Both the position numbers and the translations under genes were made by a program. This document shows, one piece after another, positions 10,700-24,575 of a DNA stretch of 64,000 bases. The notes under the pieces were generated by a model that was not told where the DNA came from, did not search any database, and saw nothing but the letters and a program-made list of their open reading frames with translations. Source of the stretch: Phoronis australis (taxonomy: Eukaryota; Animalia; Phoronida); NCBI GenBank assembly GCA_002633005.1, contig NMRA01000668.1, forward strand, positions 62,001 to 126,000, given 5' to 3'. Positions within the stretch are counted from its first letter, which is position 1. Each line of letters begins with the position of its first letter.

Positions 10700-13600
10700 A
10701 TGAAGAACGCTGCGTTTGTCCTCGTTTTATTGGTAATAACCGCTGTCTTAACGTCATCGTAAGTATGTGCATCATATTACGACTGTATAGCAAAGTTCGA
10801 ATAGGAAAAAAAAACAATTACTTCTGTCACCTCTTTGTACCATTTGAGCCTGCTTTTATGCCCATTTTCTAAAACTCGCGTTCATGGCGAAATCGTCGTG
10901 GTTAATTTTGTGTTCAAACACATACATGTGCCAGAAGTTTTCGTTTGAATACATTAACAGGAAGCTGCAATGAGCATACGAAGTAAATGCAACACCGCTG
11001 GGGCTTTCATGATGAAAAGTCGGAGTTGCAAATCTCATGTCTATAATGATGAATGTTTATATTGCTATCAAAAGTCTAAATGTAAAACACTTTATTGGCA
11101 CCGGAGTTCAGCTTAAAGAAACTGAGGTAAACATACTTCTATACTCTCACATTTTCTAATGTAATCTCTGACGGCGGATGGGAAACGACCATCTACATGT
11201 AAGATGTCGCATGGGGGAGGGGTGCAACCCTTTTCTTCGAAGGAAATGTTGGCATCACCCACACTGCATCGCTGCGCCCGAAGACTGATGGTACTGTTAA
11301 AAACACCCCTATTTTAGAGTGCCTTAAACTACGTGCGGGGGACGAAAAGTTGTGACGACCAGTGGAAAGTGAACTTCATGTAGAGGGGGATGAAAATAAT
11401 TGCGACAGGGGGTGGGGGTACTTTTATGAAATTGACTTTGTAGACCCTCCCTCTCCCCAATATTTTTACCTCCCTGCGGACCTGCTGATACCTTCAGTAT
11501 TAATCTTGGACAGCTGTAATGTGTTTTTGTAACGAAGCTTATTTAAACACTCCGTGCATGGAGTGCATTTTTTTTCAATTAAGATGTCTGACCACTGAAG
11601 CATACTAATACTTTTTCGATAAAGTTTCGGTGACGCCTTTACTGCTGGAGCTGGTAACATCGGAGGTGCGAAGATTGCTCGTAGTCCTGAAACTGACATA
11701 GATTCTCTCATCAGACTTTCAGACGCAGACGATATGAACGCAAAACAAGAGAATAGGTGAGTTTACAGAACATAAATTATAGAATATTTGTGACCATCGA
11801 CGGTTCTCTTGGGTACACCCAGAGATGTGAAAGGAACACGTGTTGGCCTATGCGTCTCAGTAGGTCTTGTTCTGGATAGTGATGATACAGTAAGTGCATC
11901 CAATAATGAACGTGTAAAAGATACAATCCCTGGATATACTAAAAGGCTCGATCACGTGTAAGCGCGCTATCGTTGATAGGTAAATAGCCCCAAGAGAGGC
12001 TATTAATGGCCCGGTTCTACTAAACTTAGGTACGTTAACGTGAATGTACGTAATTTCACATTTTATTTGTTCGCTTTCGTTTACAATATACTCAATATAA
12101 CGTTGAATTACTTTTTAGTAAATAATTTGTCTTTTCAAACTGCGTTTACTGAGGAAATTACAGTTATGTCGGATCCTCGCAATCTCCACAAAAAGATTGA
12201 ATCTGCTATTCAATGAAGAGCAGTCGAGACAATTACGCTCGACAGGGAACGACATTTGTAATGTTGGTAGGTCTTTGCTTTGATTTGGTCGTTTTGTTTT
12301 CTTTCTGTTTTTGGTTTTCAAAATTGCCGAGTAGACTCTCTAAATTGCAAAAAATAGGGAAAATCTAGCCGAGATCACGACCCAACTCAATAGTCCTGGA
12401 AGTCAGCAATAACTGTTCTATGTTCAGATCTAGTCAAGCTTTTGTAGATTAGGTCGAGGGGGTTTTGGGTCTTGGGTCGAGGGGGATGTGGTGTCGAGGG
12501 TTTGTGGGTCGTGGGGTTTGGGGGTCATTGGGTTCGAAGGGGTTTCAGAAGTATCCTCAAAGACCTACCAACGTTACAAATGTCGTTACCAGCAGAGTGT
12601 AATCGTCTTCCCTGCTCTTTAGTGAATGAATATTTAACTTTTTTGCGGAGAGTGCAGGAAACCGACGAGACTGAAATTTCATCAGTAAATACATTTTGAA
12701 CAAACTGTAGCCGCTCGTGGAATTATTTCCGTGACAACGATATCGCGTTCACACTGTACTATTTCAGATGACGTTCTCATGCCACTTTTTGTTTTTAATC
12801 ACGAGGCTTGAGCTAGAGAGACTCACATGTACTTATGTCTTAAAGGAAAGTCACGAGGCGACGCAATAAGATTATGAAAAGCAAAATTACCTCAATTGCC
12901 ACAGGTCGTGAGTCGAGGGGGTTGTGGGTCGTGGGGGTTGTGGGTCGAGGGCGTCGTGGGTCTTGAGGTGTGATGTTTCAGAACAATCCATTTTTACTGC
13001 ACGCATTATCAGTACTGTACGAATCAACTCAAAAACATAAGCACAAACATTAACCAACAAAAATGAAGTTGTAACAATGTTTAACAATAATTATTTGTGT
13101 AATTTACACAGTTTTCTTACTGAGGGGAAGGACCAAAGGCTCACAAACATTGACATATCATTTGCAAGACGTGAGTGTCAAAAACTTGCTATTAAAGTAG
13201 GCCGAAATTACATTCTCAAGCAACCTTTAAACATAGTTATGCAAATACACGACCTTGCTCGTTGTTAACATTCTGTTTGTATCCTTGGAACAAAGTTCGA
13301 CATTCACCAGAACAGGTAAAGTAATTGATCAAGAGACATGATTAAAAGGCACTCGATATCTCGAAAAATACTTGTTTCATTCTCAAAGGGAAATAAAATG
13401 CCTCAGTAATACTACCACAAAGCAAAAGCTTGTAAACCCAGTGGGACACACGGTAGCTAGGTGTGAAATAATGCAGAGGCTGACAAATCGAGGGGGTAAC
13501 GGGATAGTCGCGCAAAGAAGTGAAGCGTTCAGCGTAACCCTGTTTAATTTTCATTCAAAACAGGGTTCTCGAATGCTATCAAAAGGGACTCCAATTCTTT

Positions 13601-13782
13601 CAATCGCAGCACATCATGCTCTACGTATCGAATTGACGTGTTTTCTACAGTTTCTTAACGGATGCTACTTATGGTTATGAAGGTAGGCATGCTCATTAGA
13701 CCTAATGTCAATTTCTCTCTTTCAGTATCTGAACGTGCTCACCACATACACATGGAATAGCTGTGGAGTAATGTGGAACTAA
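10700..13782 (+). CDS. Putative small secreted protein (~74 aa); coding exons 10700-10758, 11715-11756, 11823-11889, 13726-13782
   Basis: All introns are GT-AG with compatible phases (2,2,0), giving MKNAAFVLVLLVITAVLTSSLSDADDMNAKQENRDVKGTRVGLCVSVGLVLDSDDTYLNVLTTYTWNSCGVMWN*. The N-terminus looks like a signal peptide and the ATG context is AAAACCATG. Donors are gtaagt/gtgagt/gtaagt; AATAAA near 13956. The first two coding exons are the best supported. Confidence 0.5.
12134..12700. repeat. Diverged ~145-bp inverted repeat (12134-12277 / 12558-12700) enclosing a G-rich tract
   Basis: caaagacctaccaac(a/g)ttacaaatgtcgtt occurs in opposite orientations, and ORF-track peptides on both strands share KDLPTLQMS. 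GGGTCGAGGGG-type repeats at 12452-12545 recur at 12903-12965. Confidence 0.75.
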
Positions 13783-14568
13783 GTGTTTTATCCGCATCGT
13801 GGTTTTGTGAACTTGAACTCTTCTCCCAGGACTCTTCTATGACTTTTTAAACAAAAATATGAGCTAATTTTCAGTGTTGCACTGGACGTGAATATTCACT
13901 TGCCACAATAGAACCCGTTTCAATATTTAGTTGTGGAGACGTAACCTGCCATTAAAATAAAGATGTCAAAGTTTGGAAGGACTAGTTAGCACTGTTATTT
14001 TCTTTAGCGTTTTTGACTTGGTAATGTTGGACACCAACAGATACTAAATGTTTGCAAGGAAACTTGTATAGTAAATTTTAATGAATTTTAAAGCTTTTTA
14101 CAATATATACATAGTGAAGTGTTATAACTTTGCCTGTAGAAGAAAAACAGTTATAGCATCAAATAAAACCAACAACTGAAACAAAATGCCACAAAATTCG
14201 AAACCCGAGAACATGAGCGGGAAAGACTGAAATAACTAAACTTTCCTCAGGTGTTAATAGGTGTTCTGTCAGCTGTGTTTTAGTGGTTATCAGATATTTT
14301 GCATGCGCTCTGATTGAGATATAATGTCTAGTTACTTGGGGAAGCCTGCATCTCATTCCTTCATGAGGTTTGAGCAAAATCGCGACATCTGACTTATTCT
14401 GAGCTCTCGTGTCTTTCTGGTTTTGCCTTTTGACATTGTAAGTTGTGCTGTCAGAGTTCAGTTTAATAAACCACTTCTAATCGTTTTTATGTGAAGTTTT
14501 AACTGACTTTGGCTAACAGGACCGTAACAGTTTTGGCGAACATGCCAGGAGCACTATAAACACGGACA

Positions 14569-15680
14569 ATGGTTAACCCACATGAGTTATTGGACTCCTT
14601 ATCATTGGCGAAATTAAAAAAAATACGAAGGCTGAAATATCCACGTTATGTCTGCACTTGGGCATTCGCGTACCTGCTTCGGCTCGAAAGCAACGGTTGC
14701 TAACTGTATTGTGTGAAACCCTGGTAGAACGCAATTTGTTACAAGTAGGTCAGGATGCACTGCAATGACTGACATGTGAGGAGAAGAAGACCGAAAATAA
14801 TGCACTGAAAATTATAAAAATGGAGCTGGAGCACGAATTCAGAATGCGGAATTCAAAGATGGAAGACAGTCTGGAACAACAGAGACTGGAAGTTGAGCGT
14901 GCCAAGATTGAACTGCAGAAGCTAAATCAGACGTCAGAACCATTTAACGTTGCTAAAAACATTTCATTAGTACCTAAGTTTAGTAAGATGCGTGAAGATG
15001 ATTTTTCCCTCAGTTTCAAAAGATTGCCAATAGTTTGGAATGGCCTAATGATAAATCGCCCGTTATAATATAGAGTGGATTGACTGGCAAGGCAGCTGAG
15101 GTATTCATAGCCAGCTAGCTAGCTGTATGAAGACTGCAGCTTTGTACCAAGGCTAAGGTATTTACTGCTCTTTCGGCTGAAGACTCGGCTGACTACAATT
15201 ATGTGAAACACGCATTTTCAGACTTATGAGTTTGTTCTGGAGACGTACAGGCAGAAGCTTAGGGGTTTACAAAAAGTAGAATCCCAGAAATTTGTTGAGT
15301 TCAGTAGAGAAAAACAAGTGGCTTTTGAGAAGTAGTTGGATTCACTTAATGTGCATGATTTTGACAAACTTTGTGAGACAATAGTTCTGGAGGAATTCAA
15401 AAATTGCATTCCACAAGCTTTACAAACTCACACTGATGAGCAAAACATTGTGTCATTGAGTCAAGCTGCAATTGTGGGGGATAATTATGCTCTTGTTCAT
15501 AAGAAGAGTTTTTCTCGTTCCCAGACTCTGTCCATAAATGTGTCTTCGAGTGTCAAAGTACGGTGCAATTTCCCAATCGAATCCTGCATGTAGTATTCCT
15601 AGATTGCCTAGTTGTGCATATTGTAAGAAGCGAGGACATTTGATTTCCGAGTGTTGGAAACTTAAGAAGAAGGCGAGATA
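14569..15680 (+). pseudogene. Gypsy gag (frameshifted) with CCHC zinc knuckle
   Basis: Fragments NVAKNISLVPKF, ETYRQKLRGLQK, IVLEEFKNCIP..AAIVGDNYALVHK and CAYCKKRGHLISEC (15613-15654). Confidence 0.85.
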
Positions 15681-15960
15681 TGTAACATCCAGGATCCTAG
15701 CCAAAGAACAACACTGGTATGCTCGCAAGCTAAAACAGTCAAGACACATCAGCATTCAGCGCCCCCTCTTGAATCGGGACCGAGGCCTCCACTTACCTCC
15801 CATGTATTCAAACATTTTAACCAGCGAAACGCGGGAAATCCCTCATTCATTGACAAAGACCTGCCGGTCCAGGTCGAAACGTCTGCAAACAACCTACCAC
15901 GTCTCTAAGTAAGTGACCATCTCATACTACAATGCTTCTAGAGACCAATGACTAATTTTT
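15680..15960 (+). mobile_element. Penelope-like 3' fragment nested in the Gypsy element, with degenerate hammerhead motif
   Basis: RILAKEQHWYARKLKQSRHISIQRPLLNRDRGLHLPPMYSNIL resembles the Penelope GIY-YIG C-terminus (KIL..E..W..RKxKEAIxI....PxLNRD.G). TTGACAAA-GACCTG(ccggtc)CAGGTC-GAAACGTC lies at 15850-15883. Confidence 0.75.
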
Positions 15961-15969
15961 TCTCCAGTT

Positions 15970-16804
15970 TTCAGGAACCATTTAGTAAGGTTCTTATAGA
16001 CTGTGTCGGTCAATTGCCTAGAACCAAATCCGGGAATTCGTATTTACTGACAATTATGTGTGCCTCAACACGTTTCCCAGAGGCTATTCCCCTGAAGAAT
16101 ATTAAGGCTAAGGCTGCAGTGAAGACACTAGTTGAATGCTTCACTTATGTCGATTTGCCGAAGTGTTTACAGTCTTACCTGGGCTCAAAGTTTTTGTCCA
16201 ACTTGTTTCGACAGGTTTCCTTGCAGCTGGGTATTACCTACGTGGCGTCGTTGGCTTACCACCATCGGACACAAGGGGCACTGGAGAGGTATCGTCAAAC
16301 TTTGAAGAACATGTTTTGCAGTTATAGTCTTGAGAACAAAAAAGATTGGGAAAAAGTTGTACCATTTCTTATATTTACTAGCCGGGAGGCATTGCAGGAA
16401 TCATTAGGATATTGTCTGTTCGAGCTGGTTTTTGGCCGTTCTGTTTGGGGCCTTTTAAAGTTGTTGAAAGAGAAATGGTTATCGGAGGATAAACATCTCA
16501 ATTTGCTCGATTATGTGTCCGGTTTCAAAGAGAAACTGTATACAACATACAAGGTAGCTGGAAATAATTTAGTGGTTTCGCAGGGTGAGATGAAGTCTTG
16601 GTATGATAAGGATGCCAGAGAACGAGAATTTGAGCCCGGTGATCAGGTACTTGTGTTACTACCCGTTGTGGGCAACCCGCTTCAAGCTAGGTATTCCGTG
16701 GCTCATGTGATTCACCGGAAAGTTGGAAAGTTTCCGATATAGATTATGTTATTAAAACCCCAGATCGCAAGGAGAATTATACGTCAGTGTTATGTAAACA
16801 TGTT
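15970..16804 (+). pseudogene. Gypsy integrase (rve core, degenerate)
   Basis: EPFSKVLIDCVGQLPRTKSGNSYLLTIMCASTRFPEAIPL...YHHRTQGALERY...FEPGDQVLVLLP...CYVNML. The catalytic SDQGS motif has decayed to SYLGS. Confidence 0.9.
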
Positions 16805-17051
16805 AGAGGAGGCAGTGTGGCCCGAGTGGTTGATAAGTGTCTGCTTTCTTTACTCGAGGTCGTGGGTTCGAGTCCCACCAGGTCACACTGCTAAACCCTT
16901 GAGCCAGGTTTCAAGCTCCTCAGCTCGGTTTTAACCATATATTAATAAAGCATAAAAATATTTCCAGGTGAGCAGTGCAATGGGCCCACATGCGAGGCCT
17001 GCGCACGTCTGGTACAACGTGTATCAGACCGCCTGCAATTATTATTATATA
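16805..17051 (+). mobile_element. tRNA-derived SINE with 14-bp TSD
   Basis: A-box TGGCCCGAGTGG, B-box GGTTCGAGTCC and an (ATT)n/(AT)n tail. TSD TATGTAAA(C/T)ATGTT at 16791-16804 and 17052-17065; removing the insert restores the host YVNMLKLY. Confidence 0.85.
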
Positions 17052-17784
17052 TATGTAAATATGTTGAAGCTGTATTTTGTTTGGAACGGTTCCGACAAAT
17101 CTGTAGTAGTCATTTAGGTTCCAGTGAGTCTGTTGATGAACCTAGCGTGGGTGTTGAGGATGATATAGTTGGTTGTAAACCCAGATTGAATAATTTTCCC
17201 GTTCTTCGTAGTATTGATTTAAAGTTTAATCAACTGTCACGTGAGCAGGGACAAATTCTAAGAGAGTTGTTGTCTGAGTTTAAGGGTGTGCTTCCAGATG
17301 TCCCTAACATAGCTATTGTTGCTTGTCACGACGTTGATGTAGGTGGGGCTGCGCCTATTAAACAGTATACTTATAGGGCTAATCCTTGGAAAGAGAAAAC
17401 ACCTGCATTCTGCAATATACTTAAAATGGGATTATTGAGCCTACTTGCAGTGAGTGGAATCCCCCCTGCATATTGGTTCCGGACGTACTTATAGATTTGT
17501 TACTGACTTTCTCAGGGTCAACCATGTTACTGAGTAAGATTCTTATCCAATGCCCAGAATCGAAGATTGGATTGATCGTATTGGTAATGCCAGTGTCGTT
17601 ACCAAATTTGATTTACTCAAGGGTTCTTAGCAACTAAGTTCCCCTGACTCAGAGAGCGAAGAGCATTTCTGCTTTTGTCATGCCCAGTTCGCTCTACGCC
17701 TACAAGGTCATGCCGTTCGGGATAAAAATGCCACTGCTACTTTTCAACAGATGGTTAATCAAGTTATTGGTGGTTTATCTTTTT

Positions 17785-20714
<2,930 letters not shown>

Positions 20715-21844
20715 TTTGTGGGTCAAATACTGCCGATTTGATCGTTTACAGCAAAAGCTGGGATGAACATGTTACACGTATTCGCGAGTTGTTAGTTAGG
20801 TTATCTGAAGTAAAATTAACTGTAAATTTGGCTAAAAGTGTGTTCGGTCGGGCCACTGTTAGTTATTTGGGTCATGTGGTTGGATGTGGTCAAGTTAGGC
20901 CCATTGATGCTAAGGTTGATGCCATATTGAGATATCCTTCACCAACTAATCGCAAGAGTTTTTAAAATGAGATATTTGGGAATGATAGGATTCTACAGGA
21001 AGTCTTTTCCAAATTTTGCGTCAGTGGTTTGTCCTTTAACTGAGCTGTTAAAGAAAGATGTCGCTTCTTTTTGGTCAGATAGTTATGAAAGTGCTTTTCA
21101 GAACAGCAAAGCCTTGCTTGTGGATAAGCAGATTCTAACAATACCTTATTCTGAGAAGCCATTCAAGTTGATGGTAGATGCCAGTGATGAGGGGCTGGTT
21201 CTGTGTTACAGCAGTCTCAAGATGGCGCTGGAAAACCTATAATAATTGCTTACCTTTCAGAGAAGTTTGATTGTAATCAAAAGAATTTCTATTGAAGAGG
21301 AGTGCCTGGTCTTACTGATGTCGTTACAGAATTTTGATGTGTATTTATCACCAGTAGTGTGGTCCATTATTGTGTACTCTGATCACAATCCTTTGAGGTT
21401 TTTGCACAAGATGAAGGATAAGGATAAGCGCTTGCTTAGATGGAGTTTCTTGCTGCAAGAGTTCGATATTGTTATACATCATGTTAAGGACTGTGACATG
21501 TTTTGTCAGACTGTTTATCTAGGATGTTTTGACTGTGCTCAAGTATTGTTTTTTGTGAGAAAACTGCTAAGGGGTGAGGTGTCACTACTGTTGTGTTACT
21601 CTTCTTGTTCAACACTATTTCACGCGAGACGCAACACGAGTCGCGAACTTTGCGACAGCTGACTTGTTCTGAGCTGTCGTGAGTGTTTTTTCTGGTTTTG
21701 CCTTTTGATTTTGTAAGTTGTGCTATCAGATTTCAGTTTATTAAACCATTTCTAACCGTTTTATATGAAGTTTTAACTGACGTCGGCTATCAGGGCTGTA
21801 ACACGATAAACAAATCCATCTTGTCACTTTGTCAGGACTTCTTT

Positions 21845-22800
21845 CCCGATGACTCATAACCATACATATGAAACATATAGGTTGGATACTAAAACTTTGC
21901 CGAGCCGAGACTCCCAACTTCAACTGTCCCAAATCCAAATAAAATCTGCGTACATCTCCCTCAGACTGGTATTGCATAAACCTTCGAAGCCTTGTCATTC
22001 GTTGATCCCATTAAATTATCCCTTTGAGTGGTTGATTGGTGACGAAATTTTCAAAACAAACTCAAAACTCTGAATTCAAGGACATAAAATAGTTAACATG
22101 ACGGATTTCAGTTGTGCTTTAACATGTACTCCTGTCGAAGATAAAATTTCGAAATTGAGCAAGCAAACTCTATGTCAAAGCCAAGAAATTTATTCCCAAT
22201 TTCAATGATTGTGGTTATTAATATTAACCTTCCACCTAAGTGTAATTTGCTTCTTCTTATACAATGTAGCTCATTTTAACCCTTAACCTAGAATTTAATT
22301 GCAAGAACCGGTGTATCTTGTGTTTGATCTTGACATTATGTGCTACTGTTTGTTGAAGCACAACGAACACTCGGTTATTGGGGGACACGTCGGTAAATGC
22401 TTGATTTCGCAGTAGCCCAGCGTTAGAAGCCACAAACCCGTGGTACCACGGTTATAAACAATGTTGTTTTGCATAATCACAGTTTAATTTTATTCAAGCT
22501 GATACCAAATTATGTGGAGGGCACTCAAATAACATTCGTGGGCGCGCGAAAACAGAGCTCCGGAGTTGCGTCGGGAGCTTTCGCCAAGAACATGGCTGCT
22601 CGAAGGTCGTCTGCCATGAAAGTCTTACGTCACAAAATAAGGTCATTGATTTTGTGATTTTGGAATTTTTAACATTTTTGTCGTCAAATCACCACTCGAC
22701 GGCAATATGAAGAGATCAACTGAAAAAGATTTCTTTGATGCTAGTTTCGAGGAGTTCGATGCACATTTGAGTAGAAAATTCTGAGCAGGGTGTCTTAACG
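21845..22800 (+). repeat. Older copy, with eroded ends, of the TTAA-flanked element at 59432-60543
   Basis: Collinear blocks such as aaactttgcc(g/a)agccgag(a/g)ctcccaacttcaac...gcataaaccttcgaagcc and caaatcaccact...gagtagaaaattctgagc occur in both copies. Confidence 0.8.
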
Positions 22801-22996
22801 TTAGGCAAGTTTTTGTGTTATTGCTATAAAAAATGATTAGCTGTTGAGGAAATAAAGATTATATCTGACCTTGATCACCTTGATCTTACAAAGCCTTTCT
22901 TTACTTACCGTGAAGATGGATTGATTTACCCCGAAGAACACACGCCTAATCTTGAGACAGTGTGTGAGTTTAGTTTTAGCTTAACTGAGCAATTAA

Positions 22997-24575
22997 AGGA
23001 GTATGCCACTCAAATAACAACCGAATTTGTATCAATTTAGGTCGACTAGTTCTACTCGATAACGGCACGTACGGTTGCGTTACCTGAAACCTGACGGCAG
23101 ACGGAGGTGTTGAAATTATCCAATGACGTCATTGGTTTCACACGCAGTGTGTTCAGTAGTTCGCAACACGGCTAACTGGTGTTTGCTTATCGCTTTAATT
23201 CATCATTTGACACCAATATCATCAAGTTCACCGAGTTCTTATAAAAACGTGTTGTTTTATTTCGCTGTTTACGGATTCATTGGTGTTTGCACACACCGTA
23301 GCCAACAAAGTTCGGCAGGCCAAGGTCCGTATGAGGAGGAGTTTCGGGTCTGTTTGGAGATAAATTCGAAGTATTTTCCGTGAGATACAGACAGGAGAAC
23401 CTAGACCTGTGCTGTTTAGACTTGTGATTTTTTGAGTTCTAAACACACAAAACGCTCATTATCCCGGCCAGTGGCTCGGAACTCGATCACGCCCGTCGCG
23501 AACATAAACCAGCCACAGTTGGAAAATAAACTTCCAGTCAATAAAATGCTATATTAGTCAGCCAAACAAGTGATGTGCACGTGATTATGTTGGTGAATTA
23601 GCCACGAAACTGCAAATGTACTTAGGGCTCGTCGGGGGCCGCGAATTCAGGTTTCGCTTTGGCCACAGAACCGCCAGAGCAGAAGTTGTACATTGACAAT
23701 CATAATGTAAATGTAAATAAAGATTCCTCTAACACCTGGATGTGGGATAGAAATCGAGTTATTGTTTCACATTAGCAAGCACCGAATTAGCATGAGCTCA
23801 CACGGCCTCGGTGTCCGGTCAATTAGTTTTATCACGTAACGCCGGTAACGCAATGATTTATTCATTACTGGCTTATCAAATCATTTGCACTCAAGAACAC
23901 TCCAAAGGAATTACAAATTGAATCTAATGAGAAAGACTTTGTTACAGTTGTATGTAAGTATTGGTTAGGGTGAGAATAATTCATTTTGAAACAGAACGCT
24001 CAATAATAAACGTCAAACTGGTAACTCACAATCCCGACTTAGACGGGAGCTCGTCCGGCGAAAACTTCGTAGGTGGAACGTTTAGTTTCACAGGCTATCA
24101 GTTCAAACCGGAATAGAGTGATGAAGAAATACTAGAGGGGCGCCGTGATCAAGCTCTGGCAATGGAACGTATGGATAGTTATTTCGTAGGCCGGCATTCG
24201 TCAGTCTCAGTGTCTACGTCTGCAGGCCACAGACACGGAGATGTTTCACGGCCCCGTAGTTGCTATTTACAGCGTGGTTTTCATTCTTTACTACCGCTAG
24301 CCTCTTCCTAAGCATTTCGGACTCTCGAGGAAGTCGAAAAAACGATATACCCGCTTTCCTCGCAGCTGCATAATTCGGACAAGCGGGAACCATGCACCCC
24401 AACATAACAGCATTCCCTCGGCAAATGAACCACTGACGTCACTGCGTCGTTTCTCATTTTCCTCACAGGTTAACGCGACACCTCTCGGCAAGGTAAGGTC
24501 GACCGTATGTGAGGCGATGAGGATATAGACAGATTAAGACGGTAAAAAAATAATTAAATCGGATGGCAATCTCCT
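22997..24575. mobile_element. Kolobok-like non-autonomous DNA transposon with THAP remnant
   Basis: TTAA at 22993-22996 and 24576-24579. TIRs AGGAGTATGCCAC / AGGAGATTGCCAT. Minus-strand 24214-24405 CMVPACPN..GISFFRLPR..RKRL.. is a decayed THAP finger. Confidence 0.75.

Noticed and set aside
16805-16880. tRNA gene
   Set aside because: It has A/B boxes but a poor cloverleaf, continues into a body and tail, and is flanked by a TSD, so it is a SINE.
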